From Antedon mediterranea (taxonomy: Eukaryota > Animalia > Echinodermata): a stretch of DNA of 64,000 nucleotides. Under the pieces are notes generated by a model. That model was not told the origin of the DNA. It ran no database searches and worked only from the letters and a program-made list of their open reading frames with translations. Positions 42,701 to 52,992 of the stretch are shown here, one piece after another (position 1 is the stretch's first letter; every line of letters starts with the position of its first letter). A program made the translations under genes and the position numbers. The stretch is from NCBI RefSeq assembly GCF_964355755.1, contig NC_092670.1:1602201-1666200 (forward strand). Reading direction: 5' to 3'.

Positions 42701-45700
42701 ATACTCACAAAGATTTTAAAGAAGTAAAATTTGAAAGACAGTCTGTAGGTAGATTGGTAATATAATTATTGCTTAAATTTCTGAAAACAAATTGAAACAA
42801 AACATTTTTTAAGGAAAAAGCAAAGTTTGAAATACTTCTATCATAAAAATCTCTTCTAAACTCTCAAATACTAAGTGTTTGTACCACTTTTACACTAAAC
42901 ACTGAGTGTGATTAAAATCATAAGAAACACCATGTTATTGTTACGTTATCTACTAGAAACACTAGAGAGATCCCATCCAAATCAGTCCTGCATTACCATT
43001 AGTTTTTTAACAAAAAAAGCTTATATTGATGTTGTTTTATGATAACACAGATTTTGACACTTGATTTAAATTAATTTACAGCAAACAAAACACCAGTGTT
43101 GATGACTGATGCAAACTTTTGAGCAGGGAGGTCTAAAATAAATAAATAATAAATTATTTTATACCTCCTCCCTGTTTGGAGTGTCTCCAGATTTGTTTGG
43201 CAGTGTGAAATAACTGAATTAAAAATTGACATAGAATTTGGCTTAGTTGACATCAGCTCTTTCAGGTCAATAGACAAGTCTGGCAAAGCACAAACATTTT
43301 TAGTAAACACACTTTTTAAATAAATCGTAAAAAATATAAATGTTTTTATTGTATCTTTTGCCTATGTATCTGGATAATGAAGTGTTTCTTCAAAATACCA
43401 GACTAAACATTTTGGCAAATTTAAGCCTAATAAAGGTAAAATTAGCAATTGAAGTGACAGTGCCTATCAGTGAAAACTCATATTTATTTATATTATATTA
43501 TATTTAAAAAAAATTATTATCAAGTTATAAGCATTAATTTTTTTTTTCATTTATTAAATTATGCATATTAAATTGCCATGGATCAGTGGCGGATCCAGGA
43601 TTTCTCCAGGTGGGGAGGGGGGGGGGGAAGATGCAGGGCCTTAAAGTAGTTATATGAAGTGCTGAATTTTATTTGATGTCCTATTTTTTTGCATTTAAAA
43701 GCCGGGTGGGCTAAGGATAACCAAAATGTCAATTGATTATTTGGTGCAAGTCATCCAAGGATGAGCAAATAGACATACATGTGTACATCATATTAAGTAC
43801 ACATCTTTCTTTGATGCAAATGATAACACCACTTCAACATTCATGTAATGCAATAGAAACAGGCATCTTGGCAATATTTGTGTAGACAAAACACAAACTG
43901 ACAAATCACATTCCTAAGCCCTCTTACAAACAACCATTAACAACGCTTCGTGGTCAGGAATTCCATAAAATTGTCAATGCCTACAGTAGTAGATTATGTC
44001 AACAATCATTTTAAATTTTATTTTTTAATATAAACAAACTTAATTTGAAGTAACAGAAAGATTCTTCACACAATTTAATTTAAGAAGATCTCTCTTGTCT
44101 AGAAGATGTTGGTTGATCTCTTACAACTATAGCATTCACTTGATATTATTTAAATTCAAACACATAGAGAACCTAGTAAGAAGATCTCTTCCCTGTTGAA
44201 ATTGTTCACTCTTAACAGTTACTATTGTACAGTACAACAGGTACTGTATTGTAGTTATGCTTTAATAATTCCAATTTCAAAATAAATCACAATTTTGCAA
44301 AACTAGTCATCCATAATACTAATGTTAGTACTGGTGTAAAATACTTTCACAAAAACAATTTGGTTTAAAATACTGTATTAACTATTAATAAATACTGTTT
44401 TTATAGTACTAGTAAATGTACAGTATTATTACTAATAAATACTGTATGTACTAATAGTGTATTATTACTAATAAATACTGTATGTACTAATAGTGTATTA
44501 TTTCTAATAAATACTGTATGTACTAATAGTGTATTATTACTAATAAATACTGTATGTACTAATAGTGTATTATTTCTAATAAATACTGTATGTACTAATA
44601 GTGTATTATTACTAATAAATACTGTATTAGTACTAATAGTGTATTATTACTAATAAATACTGTATGTACTAATAGTGTATTATTACTAATAAATACTGTA
44701 TAAGTACTAATAGTGTATTATTACTAATAAATACTGTATTAGAACTAATAGTGTATTATTACTAATAAATACTGTATGTACTAATAGTGTATTATTACTA
44801 ATAAATACTGTATAAGTACTAATAGTGTATTATTACTAATAAATACTGTATAAGTACTAATAGTGTATTATTACTAATAAATACTGTATAAGTACTAATA
44901 GTGTATTATTACTAATAAATACTGTATAAGTACTAATAGTGTATTATTACTAATAAATACTGTATAAGTACTAATAGTGTATTATTACTAATAAATACTG
45001 TATTAGTACTATTAAATAACTGTATATGTACTAATAGTATATTATTACTAATAAATACTGTATTAGTACTTATAAATACTGTATATGTACTAATAGTGTA
45101 TTAGTACTAATAATTCCAATTTTAAATTCAAAATAAATAGTGTATTAGTACTATAAATACTGTATACTGTATGTACTAATAGTGTATTATTACTAATAAA
45201 TACTGTATTAGTACTTACTAGATGGTACGCGAGTGAAGCGAGCCATCTAGGTCGTGCCCACAGTTGGTTCTCGAATACATAATAATTTCAGCGTTAAAAA
45301 ACTGGCGATTTCAAATGTACGTACCGCAGGACAATACATGTCGTGTACAGGAACGAATAAATAGACACTGTGATTTATGTACTCAACTAAAATTAGCACC
45401 CTATTACTTCCGAAAGAGAAACTTGTCACAAAATAAGACCAATTGTTTAAGTCAAATTTAAACAAACTTAATTTGTGTTTTGTATGTAACATTAGGGTTG
45501 AGGGATGGGGAAGAGGATGGGTGCAAAGAGGAACAATGTTAAAATATATTCTTTATCCATTTAGTAACGAAATATTAATTGCTTTCATGTTTTACAAATA
45601 GTATACCACTAAACACAGTAAAACATTGCGATGTAATACTTTGTTGAAACTATCACCGTCCTAGTCGATTGAAATAGTACAGCACATGTAACGATACATC

Positions 45701-48700
45701 ACTACGACGTGTATATGTTTATAATATAATGTAAAACAATTTGTGAAAACCACCTCTATTCGGGGAAAATCATAAATTCGATTTAATCGTCAATAAATAT
45801 TAAATTATCTAACTCAACTTAATTAGTAGGCCTAATGGTTTTCAATTGTTTCTTAGAGCCAATTTATACTTAAGTTGGTTCCTACCCTACCCACCAAAGT
45901 TGTTCTGCGTTTAGGGCATGTGATGTACCGTAGGCCTATTCTCTACTGGTTTTACAACGCTACTCATGCCAGTGAGGGAAAGGTGATGATGTGGGTGGTT
46001 TAACTGCAATAATAAAGATTTGTACATAATATACGGCGAGTGAAAACGCTAGCTCATTATCCGTTTAAAAAAAAATTATATCCAACCTCTGCAGCACAGA
46101 TTGAAAACAAAAATGGATCGAATTTCGAGTATACAGTGCTGTACTTGCCTTTACGACGCCTGAGGGAATAGACACTTGTGAAACAGAGATTGGAATGTTC
46201 CATTCATCGCAAATCAATACATTAGTATAATCGTATATTAAATCTATCAAAATAGTATTTTTTTTAAGAAAATCGGCCTGTCTTCAACATTATGATGCTG
46301 TACTCTAGCTGTTCAACCAGTTTTCAGCTATTAAAAACAATTATCGTAGGAGGAGATAGGAAAATGCGAAGCCTCCTCGTATTTTTGTGGCGGGTATTTT
46401 TCAAGATGGACATCCATTAGACAGTGTATACCACGATCGGAAAACACCCCTATTTGGGGCAAATCGTTGAACCTAAATTCGTTTTAATCGTCAATAACTA
46501 ATTACCTAACTCAATTCAATTATTAAACAGGGTTACATCAGATGGTTAAAATCAGTACCGAAAGTACGAACCAACTTTATATACCATCGAGTAGAAATTC
46601 TAGAAATAAACCGAGATTTACCGAATTTTGCCCTTACGTAAATTTATATATAGATAAATACTGTATATGTACTAATAGTGTATTAGTACTAATAATTCCA
46701 AATTCAAATTCAAAATAAATAGTGTATTATTAGTACTATAAAATACTATATTAGTACTAATAGTGTATTATTACTAATAAATACTGTATTAGTACTTATA
46801 AATACTGTATATGTACAGTACTAATAGTGTATTAGTACTAATAATTCCAATTTCAAATTCAAAATAAATAATGTATTATTAGTACTATAAATACTGTATT
46901 AGTACTACAGTAATAGTGTATTATTACTAATAAATACTGTATTAGTACTTATAAATACTGTATATGTACTAATAGTGTATTAGTACTAATAATTCCAATT
47001 TCAAAATAAATAGTGTATTAGTACTATAAATACTGTATTAGTACTAATAGTGTATTATTACTAATAAATACTGTATGTACTAAGTGTATTAGTACTATAA
47101 ATACTGTATTAGTACTAATAAATACTTATTAGTTCTAATATTTGAAATGGAAATGTCTTAACTGCACTGTATTAACTTAAAGGATAGCGTGCTCAAATTC
47201 CAATGGGAATGACTTTAGCAACGTCAGTCAGTTAAAACCAGACCACCTTTTAGGGTTAAGCTAACATCACATTGAATATGAATGCATTCTGACAAACTAT
47301 ACAGAATGGACTCAACTATAGTTAGAACGCACTTAATTGTGTTCCAACTTAAATGTAAACAAACAAATGTGAAGAGTTAATATTGGTTTTAAACACTGAA
47401 TGAAAATCAATATCAAATTTCCAAGTGGTTAATTCCAACAAGGTGTTATAAACCTGTTCAAGACATTTAAATCAATTTATTTAATAACAATAAATAATAG
47501 TGTTAAAATAAGTGATTTCCTATCTACTTCTTTCAACTTAATTTGTATTCATAAAAGAAAATCTCCTTTGATGTTTTCATGGTGTACTTTTCATTTTGCT
47601 TTACTTCTCAAGTTTTGATGTTTTCTTAGTGTACTTTTCATTTTGCTTCACTTCTCAAGTTTTCATTCATTATAAATTGTTCTCAATCTCATTGAAAAAT
47701 TAATTAATTTGTTTTATTATTATTATTATATCAATATTTATAAAGCGTCAATTCAAAGACTGAGGTACAAAATCAAAGGCGCTGGGCATGTTAGTGGTCG
47801 AAAAAATGAGTTTTGAGCAATTTTTTAAATAAGGCAACAGAAGAGCAGTGTTTAATTTGTGGGGGGGAGTGAATTCCAGAGTGTGGGTGCAGCAAAAGAA
47901 AACGATCTATGACCAAAGGTTTTAGTGGCTATGCGTGGAACAGAGAGTAAAAAATCATCAGATGATCTGCGCCCGTTTTCTTAAACCGGACTTTAGTCGT
48001 AGTTCAAAGTTCGACTTGAAAAAGTCGTAGTTCGAGCTATTACTTCAAATTCGATTAAAAAACGAAGTAGTCGAAGTTTGCAGTTCGACTTAATGAAGTC
48101 GAGCTTTTAGTCGAGTTGCACACGTCTGGGTAACAAAGGCTAAACATTGGCCAATGGCAAGAGAGTATTTGACGAGCAGACGAAATTTTGCTCATTGATA
48201 TCACTTTCCATTTTCTTACAAAACTTTTTACGCATCAGGACTATATACATGAAAAATAATTGTAATCGTTAATTATTAGAACAAGATCAATATTAATTTA
48301 ACAGTGAAGTACTTTTGATTAACAACAAACAAAATCTTCAAAATATATTTAGGAACCATGGCGGTACGGTAACTTTCATATTTTCTAGGCCTCCAACAAA
48401 GTATGATCGCGACGAACCACGCACTTCCTAGCGTGACAAGAAAGCGCTAGGCCCCCTAAACAATCCATCGCGTGGTGAATTGCCGCATCTCCCATTGTCG
48501 CTATGGCGTGACGTAGTTCAAGTCGGACTTGCGCGAAGAAAATAATGTAGTTTGTATACGGTTGTAAATAAAGATGATTTTCATTATTATAACTTATACC
48601 AATGTATATTTAATTAAGCTAATATAAATATAGATATTTCATTCAACTCAATGACTGTTACGTTTTTTATAAACATCGTCTAAAAACCATTTAGTCGACC

Positions 48701-49725
48701 ATTTAGCCTGCCCCCTCCAGGACTAAAAAAATCGATCAAAATCCGTCTCGATTTAGTCGAGGTTGGCCTGATTTAGTCGGTGATTTAGTTGAAGTTCGGT
48801 TTATGAATTAAAATGATGTCATTTTTTTAGTTTTAGCTCAAACTACGACTAAAGTCCGGTTTAAGAATACGGGCGTAAGAGTCCGTCCAGGAACATAAAA
48901 GGTGATTAATTTTATTTATTTTGTAATAGTTTATAATGGTATAATTAATAATATAAAAAGTACAAGTAACGATAAGCTAAAAGCTTGTAGCATTTTTCCT
49001 TAAGTGCCCGTTTTAAACAAGAGACCAGAAAAAGTGACGATACATGCTTATGAATTTTTGTCCCTTGTAAATTGTATGGAAAAAAGAATCTCCCTGTGAA
49101 ATTGAAAATTATCATGGCTACCAACTTGAAACATGTATTTTAATTTAGATAAAAATAAAATATAAAGATGACAGTACAATATCTATTTAATGAAATATAC
49201 AAATAAATTACATATTGTGAATTGACACAAACCAGATGATAAATTAAAAGTAACACATTTAAATCTTGATTTGAATTCTAAATAAATCCTATAAAGAAAT
49301 ACAGCCCATTTTATGAGGGTTAGAACACAGTTAAGTAAAGTTTTTTGGTAAGAATTGGTAAGACTAAGGTCGAGGAGGCAATAACAGTTAATTCATAATC
49401 TAAATGATAGTCTTTTGTGTACAATTGATTTAATTTTAAAAGTAAGCGATGTTAAATTTTCAATCTTTCTTTAAAACTACTGTACTTACAAAGAGCTGAC
49501 TTTCATTTGTAGAGTAGTAGAGATGAACGGAAACTCAGTGAAACCAAGACCAGCACATGACAAGTTGTACAACTCATCTTCTGTAAGGCTACAGCTGCAG
49601 TTATTTGGGGCATGATGGCAGAGGGACGTATCACTCCAAACAGTTTGGAAGAATAAGCAGGCCAAGATGAGACTCACATACTGGATTCCAACTCTCACCA
49701 GACCAGATTGAAGATGTGTAGACAT
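18785..49725 (-). CDS. PKD1: Polycystin-1 (PKD1 orthologue): signal peptide-LRR-WSC-PKD repeats-REJ-GAIN/GPS-TM1-PLAT-TM-TOP-channel-like TMs-cytoplasmic tail
   Basis: Phase-consistent exons in transcript order: 49725-49490, 42780-42709 (LRR), 40748-40585 (LRRCT), 39924-39295 (WSC+PKD), 38217-37966, 37696-33333 (PKD repeats, WDFGD motifs, REJ start), 32971-32804, 32615-31978, 31593-31430, 31067-30946, 30842-29965, 29830-29578 (GPS CSCNHMTSFGA), 29415-29220, 28986-28678 (PLAT: IRVWHDNTGLDPSWYL), 28536-28235, 27834-27691, 27362-27279, 26407-26385, 25961-25710, 25103-24864, 24679-24570, 24373-24156, 23799-23438, 22776-22646 (ARLRQIR), 22558-22411, 22225-22100, 21957-21866, 21766-21687, 21385-21095, 20731-20597, 20077-19769, 19378-18785 (EYRHRVKFVG, similar to the PKD1 tail motif). 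Confidence 0.92.
22866..23209. mobile_element. Non-autonomous TIR element with TTAA target duplication (Kolobok-like)
   Basis: ttaa|agatgtattgtccccc...gggggacaatatatct|ttaa; a 16-bp TIR starting AG, with TTAA on both sides. Confidence 0.7.
23300..23403. mobile_element. MITE family A, partial copy
   Basis: Internal catatatggacatgatg...ccatatttgggcacatcac and right TIR agtttgatagtgtagacagagct. Confidence 0.65.
25270..25723. repeat. 40/42-bp tandem repeat (11 copies) that contains a PKD1 splice donor
   Basis: Minus-strand unit aattaaaacactgaa|gtaagtgtatataaccatgacaacc; the copy at ~25705 is the exon/intron junction. Confidence 0.9.
26775..26935. mobile_element. MITE family A copy
   Basis: tgtctacactatcaaact...tttgatagtgtagaca TIRs and the shared internal sequence. 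Confidence 0.7.
31750..31868. repeat. 41-bp tandem repeat, about 3 copies
   Basis: taaaagcaccataggctctgtaaaatacggttaaaaactat repeated. Confidence 0.8.
38554..38802. mobile_element. MITE family A copy with an expanded internal ~21-bp repeat
   Basis: Degenerate left TIR gactacactatgatcaaact, right TIR agtttgatagtgtagacagagct, internal (ccatatttgtgcatatcacc) repeated about 6 times. Confidence 0.7.
39964..40450. repeat. 18-bp minisatellite (ataagtgtaYgctcattt), about 27 copies
   Basis: Direct reading; it explains the spurious periodic ORFs at 40040-40546 and 40052-40462. Confidence 0.95.
40861..42660. repeat. 52-bp minisatellite, about 34 copies, filling most of a PKD1 intron
   Basis: Unit tagaggtattatacaaactagatagtccctgccctattctcactgtatacca. 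Confidence 0.95.
44380..47140. repeat. AT-rich 36-38-bp tandem repeat, interrupted by a Helitron
   Basis: Unit tactaataaatactgtat(aa)gtactaatagtgtattat at ~44380-45217, resuming at 46655-47140. Confidence 0.9.
45218..46654 (-). mobile_element. Non-autonomous Helitron
   Basis: Minus strand starts TCTATATATA and ends with a GC-rich hairpin plus CTAG. It is inserted between A and T with no TSD: the joined flanks gtactta+taaatactgtatatgtac match the uninterrupted repeat copy near 45066. Confidence 0.88.
47716..48905 (-). mobile_element. LINE (L2/CR1-group) 3' fragment split by a DNA transposon
   Basis: Rejoined minus-strand frame reads PGRTLRSSDDFLLSVPRIATKTFGHRSFSFAAPTLWNSL, followed by an (AAT)n tail near 47716-47730. 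Confidence 0.75.
47970..48875. mobile_element. Non-autonomous DNA transposon with ~35-bp TIRs
   Basis: cgcccgttttcttaaaccggactttagtcgtagtt ... aactacgactaaagtccggtttaagaatacgggcg (1 mismatch); subterminal ttagtcg-type repeats; no transposase ORF. Confidence 0.85.
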
Positions 49726-50203
49726 CTCCAAATGAAGTTCTGTAAACTTCTTTACTTGAAGTTTAGTGGATACATTCAGTCAGCTGATGTCATGTGATTC
49801 TCTCCAGCTTGGACATTAACTAGAGGTAACACTTCTAGTTTATGTAAATGTTTCTGATTTGAATGTTGGTGGCATTACCAGGAACAATGACATCTTTTTT
49901 AAGAAGTGCATTCAACTCCAGCTTGTCTGCTGCCATAGCGGCGGAAGACCAAGCAAGGCATGACCATCATTAGACATTGATTCCCTCTCGTGGGTTGATA
50001 GTGCTCAAACCATAATACAATTCTAATTTTCTGGAGTGGAAGCAAATTACACATTACACATACATTTTAATTAAATTCTTATAAATCAGGTCTGACTTGA
50101 GTGAGTAGATAGACTGAGAGATAGCACCATTTTGAGTGAGTAGATAGACTTTCTCTGAGAATAATTAGGATGTGTCTGAGAGATAGCACCATTTTGGTTC
50201 AAG

Positions 50204-51081
50204 CATGGAGGTATAAAATAGGAGAGAGCTCGAATGTATTGTAGCGCGTTAACAGGATGTCGCCATGGTATTTTCAAAGCCAAAGCCTTGTGCCGACAGC
50301 GCGCTGCGCGGACTTTGTTACCGACGTCAGCCGCCGCCTCTAGTCAGCCCTCTATCACAGAGGAGGTGAGATCCTAAAAAATACACAAACAAACGCATAT
50401 ACTTTTGGCATGCGCAGTGCTATTGTTTGTGTTATAATTGTTGCGCAATCAAATGTTTGCTTCCCGCTTAAAAAATCTCTAAATATTGATACCAAACACG
50501 TTTACATATGACATTTTAAGCAAATTTTATCAGGCTCCTATTATAGTTGTTATTGTAATTTACTTGCTGTTTATGCAATTATATGTATTTCGATAAAATA
50601 TTAATAGACGTCGTCAGACAGCTGTAGTTTTGTGTGAAGAACACATGGTTATTACTTTACATTCTTACATTAGTCGTTGGGCTGCCGATGATTGCCGGCC
50701 AAAGATATTGACGAAATACATTAGGCATATTTCGCGGGTTTGTTGACAATGGATGGGGGAGGTATTCGATTACAAAACCGTGACTAGGTCTATAGTTTTA
50801 GGCTAGGGCCGGAGTAGTCCTTGCATAATTATTATAATCTAGACTAAAAATATAATCATTGCCGTAGCAGCCATTTTATCTCCTCTGCATGCAGAGTAAA
50901 CAAGCATGTGACGTCACGTCGCCGATATCAGGAGGCATGCGCAGTGACTCGGAACGCGACTAGGAAGCGACAACGCAGAGAGGCACACTACGCGTAACAT
51001 TGTGTAACATGCTGAGGCGGCGGACTACGTAGTACAAAGGCTTGTCTTCCGAGCTCTCTCCTTCTATTTTATACCTCCATG
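50204..51081. mobile_element. Non-autonomous TIR element, P-element-like termini
   Basis: TIR catggaggtataaa...ggagagagctcg / cgagctctctcc...tttatacctccatg; flanking direct repeat gttcaag (7 bp, or ggttcaagc 9 bp if the ends are shifted by 1). Confidence 0.8.
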
Positions 51082-51455
51082 GTTCAAGCTTCATAAATGC
51101 AATGAATGTTGTTCAATTCAAGTTCGAAATGTAAATAATTCATAATTAGGGCCTAGGCCTAGGCCTCAGGGAATAATTTCACCAGTGTAGCATAGCAAAA
51201 AGCTATACAAAACAACCTTCTTGCTACACATTTCTACAATTGTGTAGCAAAAAATACGATAGAAAACTATGATTCTTGACTAAAAAATCAGTTTGATTCG
51301 CAATATTGCTAAACAAAATTTTAAAATGAAATTTTTCCCTGGGCCTAGGCCTACTATGTATGTATGGATGGAATAAAATGTATATTGCCATATTAAGATT
51401 TTTTTTATTCAGTAAACCGAATTCATAACAAAACATAATGTGCACAGTGAAAAAC

Positions 51456-51676
51456 AATGCTTGAAGCAGTGCCAAGCACCAAAGCCCGAGAGGAGGAGCT
51501 GTAACCAACCAGACAGCGTCCCTGACAATGCTTGAATGAAGCAGTGCCAAGCACCAAAGCCCGAGAGGAGGAGCTGTAACCAACCAGACAGCGTCCCTGA
51601 CAATGCTTGAAGCAGTGCCAAGCACCAAAGCCCGAGAGGAGGAGCTGTAACCAACCAGACAGCGTCCCTGACAATG
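51456..51676. repeat. 71-bp tandem repeat, 3 copies
   Basis: aatgcttgaagcagtgccaagcaccaaagcccgagaggaggagctgtaaccaaccagacagcgtccctgac. Confidence 0.9.
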
Positions 51677-51992
51677 TTTATTTGACAGTCTATCTCGACG
51701 TGTATGTGCTACTCTACTCTTAGTCTTACTTATAGTTATACTAGGCCCTAGGTATTACTAGTCTATACAGTACATTATCATTATTATAGGCCTAGCCTAG
51801 GTTTTCCTATATTATCAACATCAATTATGGATCAAAATTACTCACTGTTTCACAGTATTACCGAGGTAAATATCACAATTTTGAAACTCGGTCCAATATT
51901 ATATTCTCTTCAACGTTTTTACCGTAGAAAATTATATCGTTTTCACACACATTGAATCTTTTTCGCGTATAAATCATTTTTCTTCAGTGAAT

Positions 51993-52010
51993 CACCAATA
52001 GGTGGCGCTC
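51993..52010 (+). promoter_or_regulatory. Candidate CTCF-binding motif between the COX10 3' end and the PKD1 5' region
   Basis: caccaataggtggcgctc resembles the CCASYAGRKGGCRS consensus with 1 mismatch; motif match only. Confidence 0.4.
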
Positions 52011-52992
52011 TTTCATAATTTATAATTTATTCTCTCTCTTACTTTACAATCGATATACACGACCAATACAATATCATAAAATTAATACATTATTTATTTA
52101 ACACGAACATTATCAGTAACATATTACATTATTTATGTATTGTTTATACCAGTGACCGGTGACAGAAGAATGAATTAGCTCTGACAGTCACAGATTTTGT
52201 CCACATAAATTGCAAAAATGTTGATTTAGAAATCAATATTCTTATAAATAAAGAAATCAATATGTACAAGCTAATCAATTAGAGTAGATAGTTATACTTA
52301 CATAAAAGGTAATAAACCTTGAGATTTGTTGATGAAGTATTTGTCATAACAAATAAATAATGCTTAAAAATATTGATGTAATTTCCTGGGTGAGCATATT
52401 TACCAAAATCACACTTGTGAGATTATCACTCAAATAAATATTTCCCTTAAATTGTATTCAATTTTTTAAATTTTCATAACAAATAATAAAGCCTAAATAA
52501 ATCAAGCCTAGGTGCAAATGGTGAATATGGCGGGAATATGGCCACTGGATTCCATATAATATTTTTATCTTTGCATTATTTTAATCTCCCAATGTTAAAT
52601 TTTCTGCACGCCTCAGTCTATAAAACAGATTATACAGCTATCTGGAATACAACTGTACAAGACAAAATAATAGCTTCAAATAAATTGGTGTATTTGGAGT
52701 GTATTTATTAAGTAGTCATTAAAAGTACAATCCTACTTTATTAACAAAGTAAACTTATCAAATACAAATTGTTTTAGCTCAACCATTTTAGACAATATTT
52801 AGACATTATCAAAAGCTGTTTCACATTTCAATTAGCACTCCACGAATTAATCCCACCTCAAGGATATTTTGGAAAATTAGTATTCTGATCTTACACAGCA
52901 ACCATTAAGTTCTATCCCATGATGCCTCACAGTCTTGTAATGTATAAGTTCAAATATTCAATGGCCAACTTTTATTTTTTATTTCTTTTTCA

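Noticed and set aside
43585-43640. cagtggcggatccagga...G-run resembling a MITE terminus or G-quadruplex
   Set aside because: No matching opposite end was found; too short to support a call.
43071-44230. Possible additional LRR exons or LRR pseudogene in the first PKD1 coding intron
   Set aside because: No open frame with convincing splice sites or an LxxLxLxxN pattern could be established by eye.
51224-51674. Three overlapping minus-strand ORFs
   Set aside because: They derive from the 71-bp tandem repeat; no recognisable protein.
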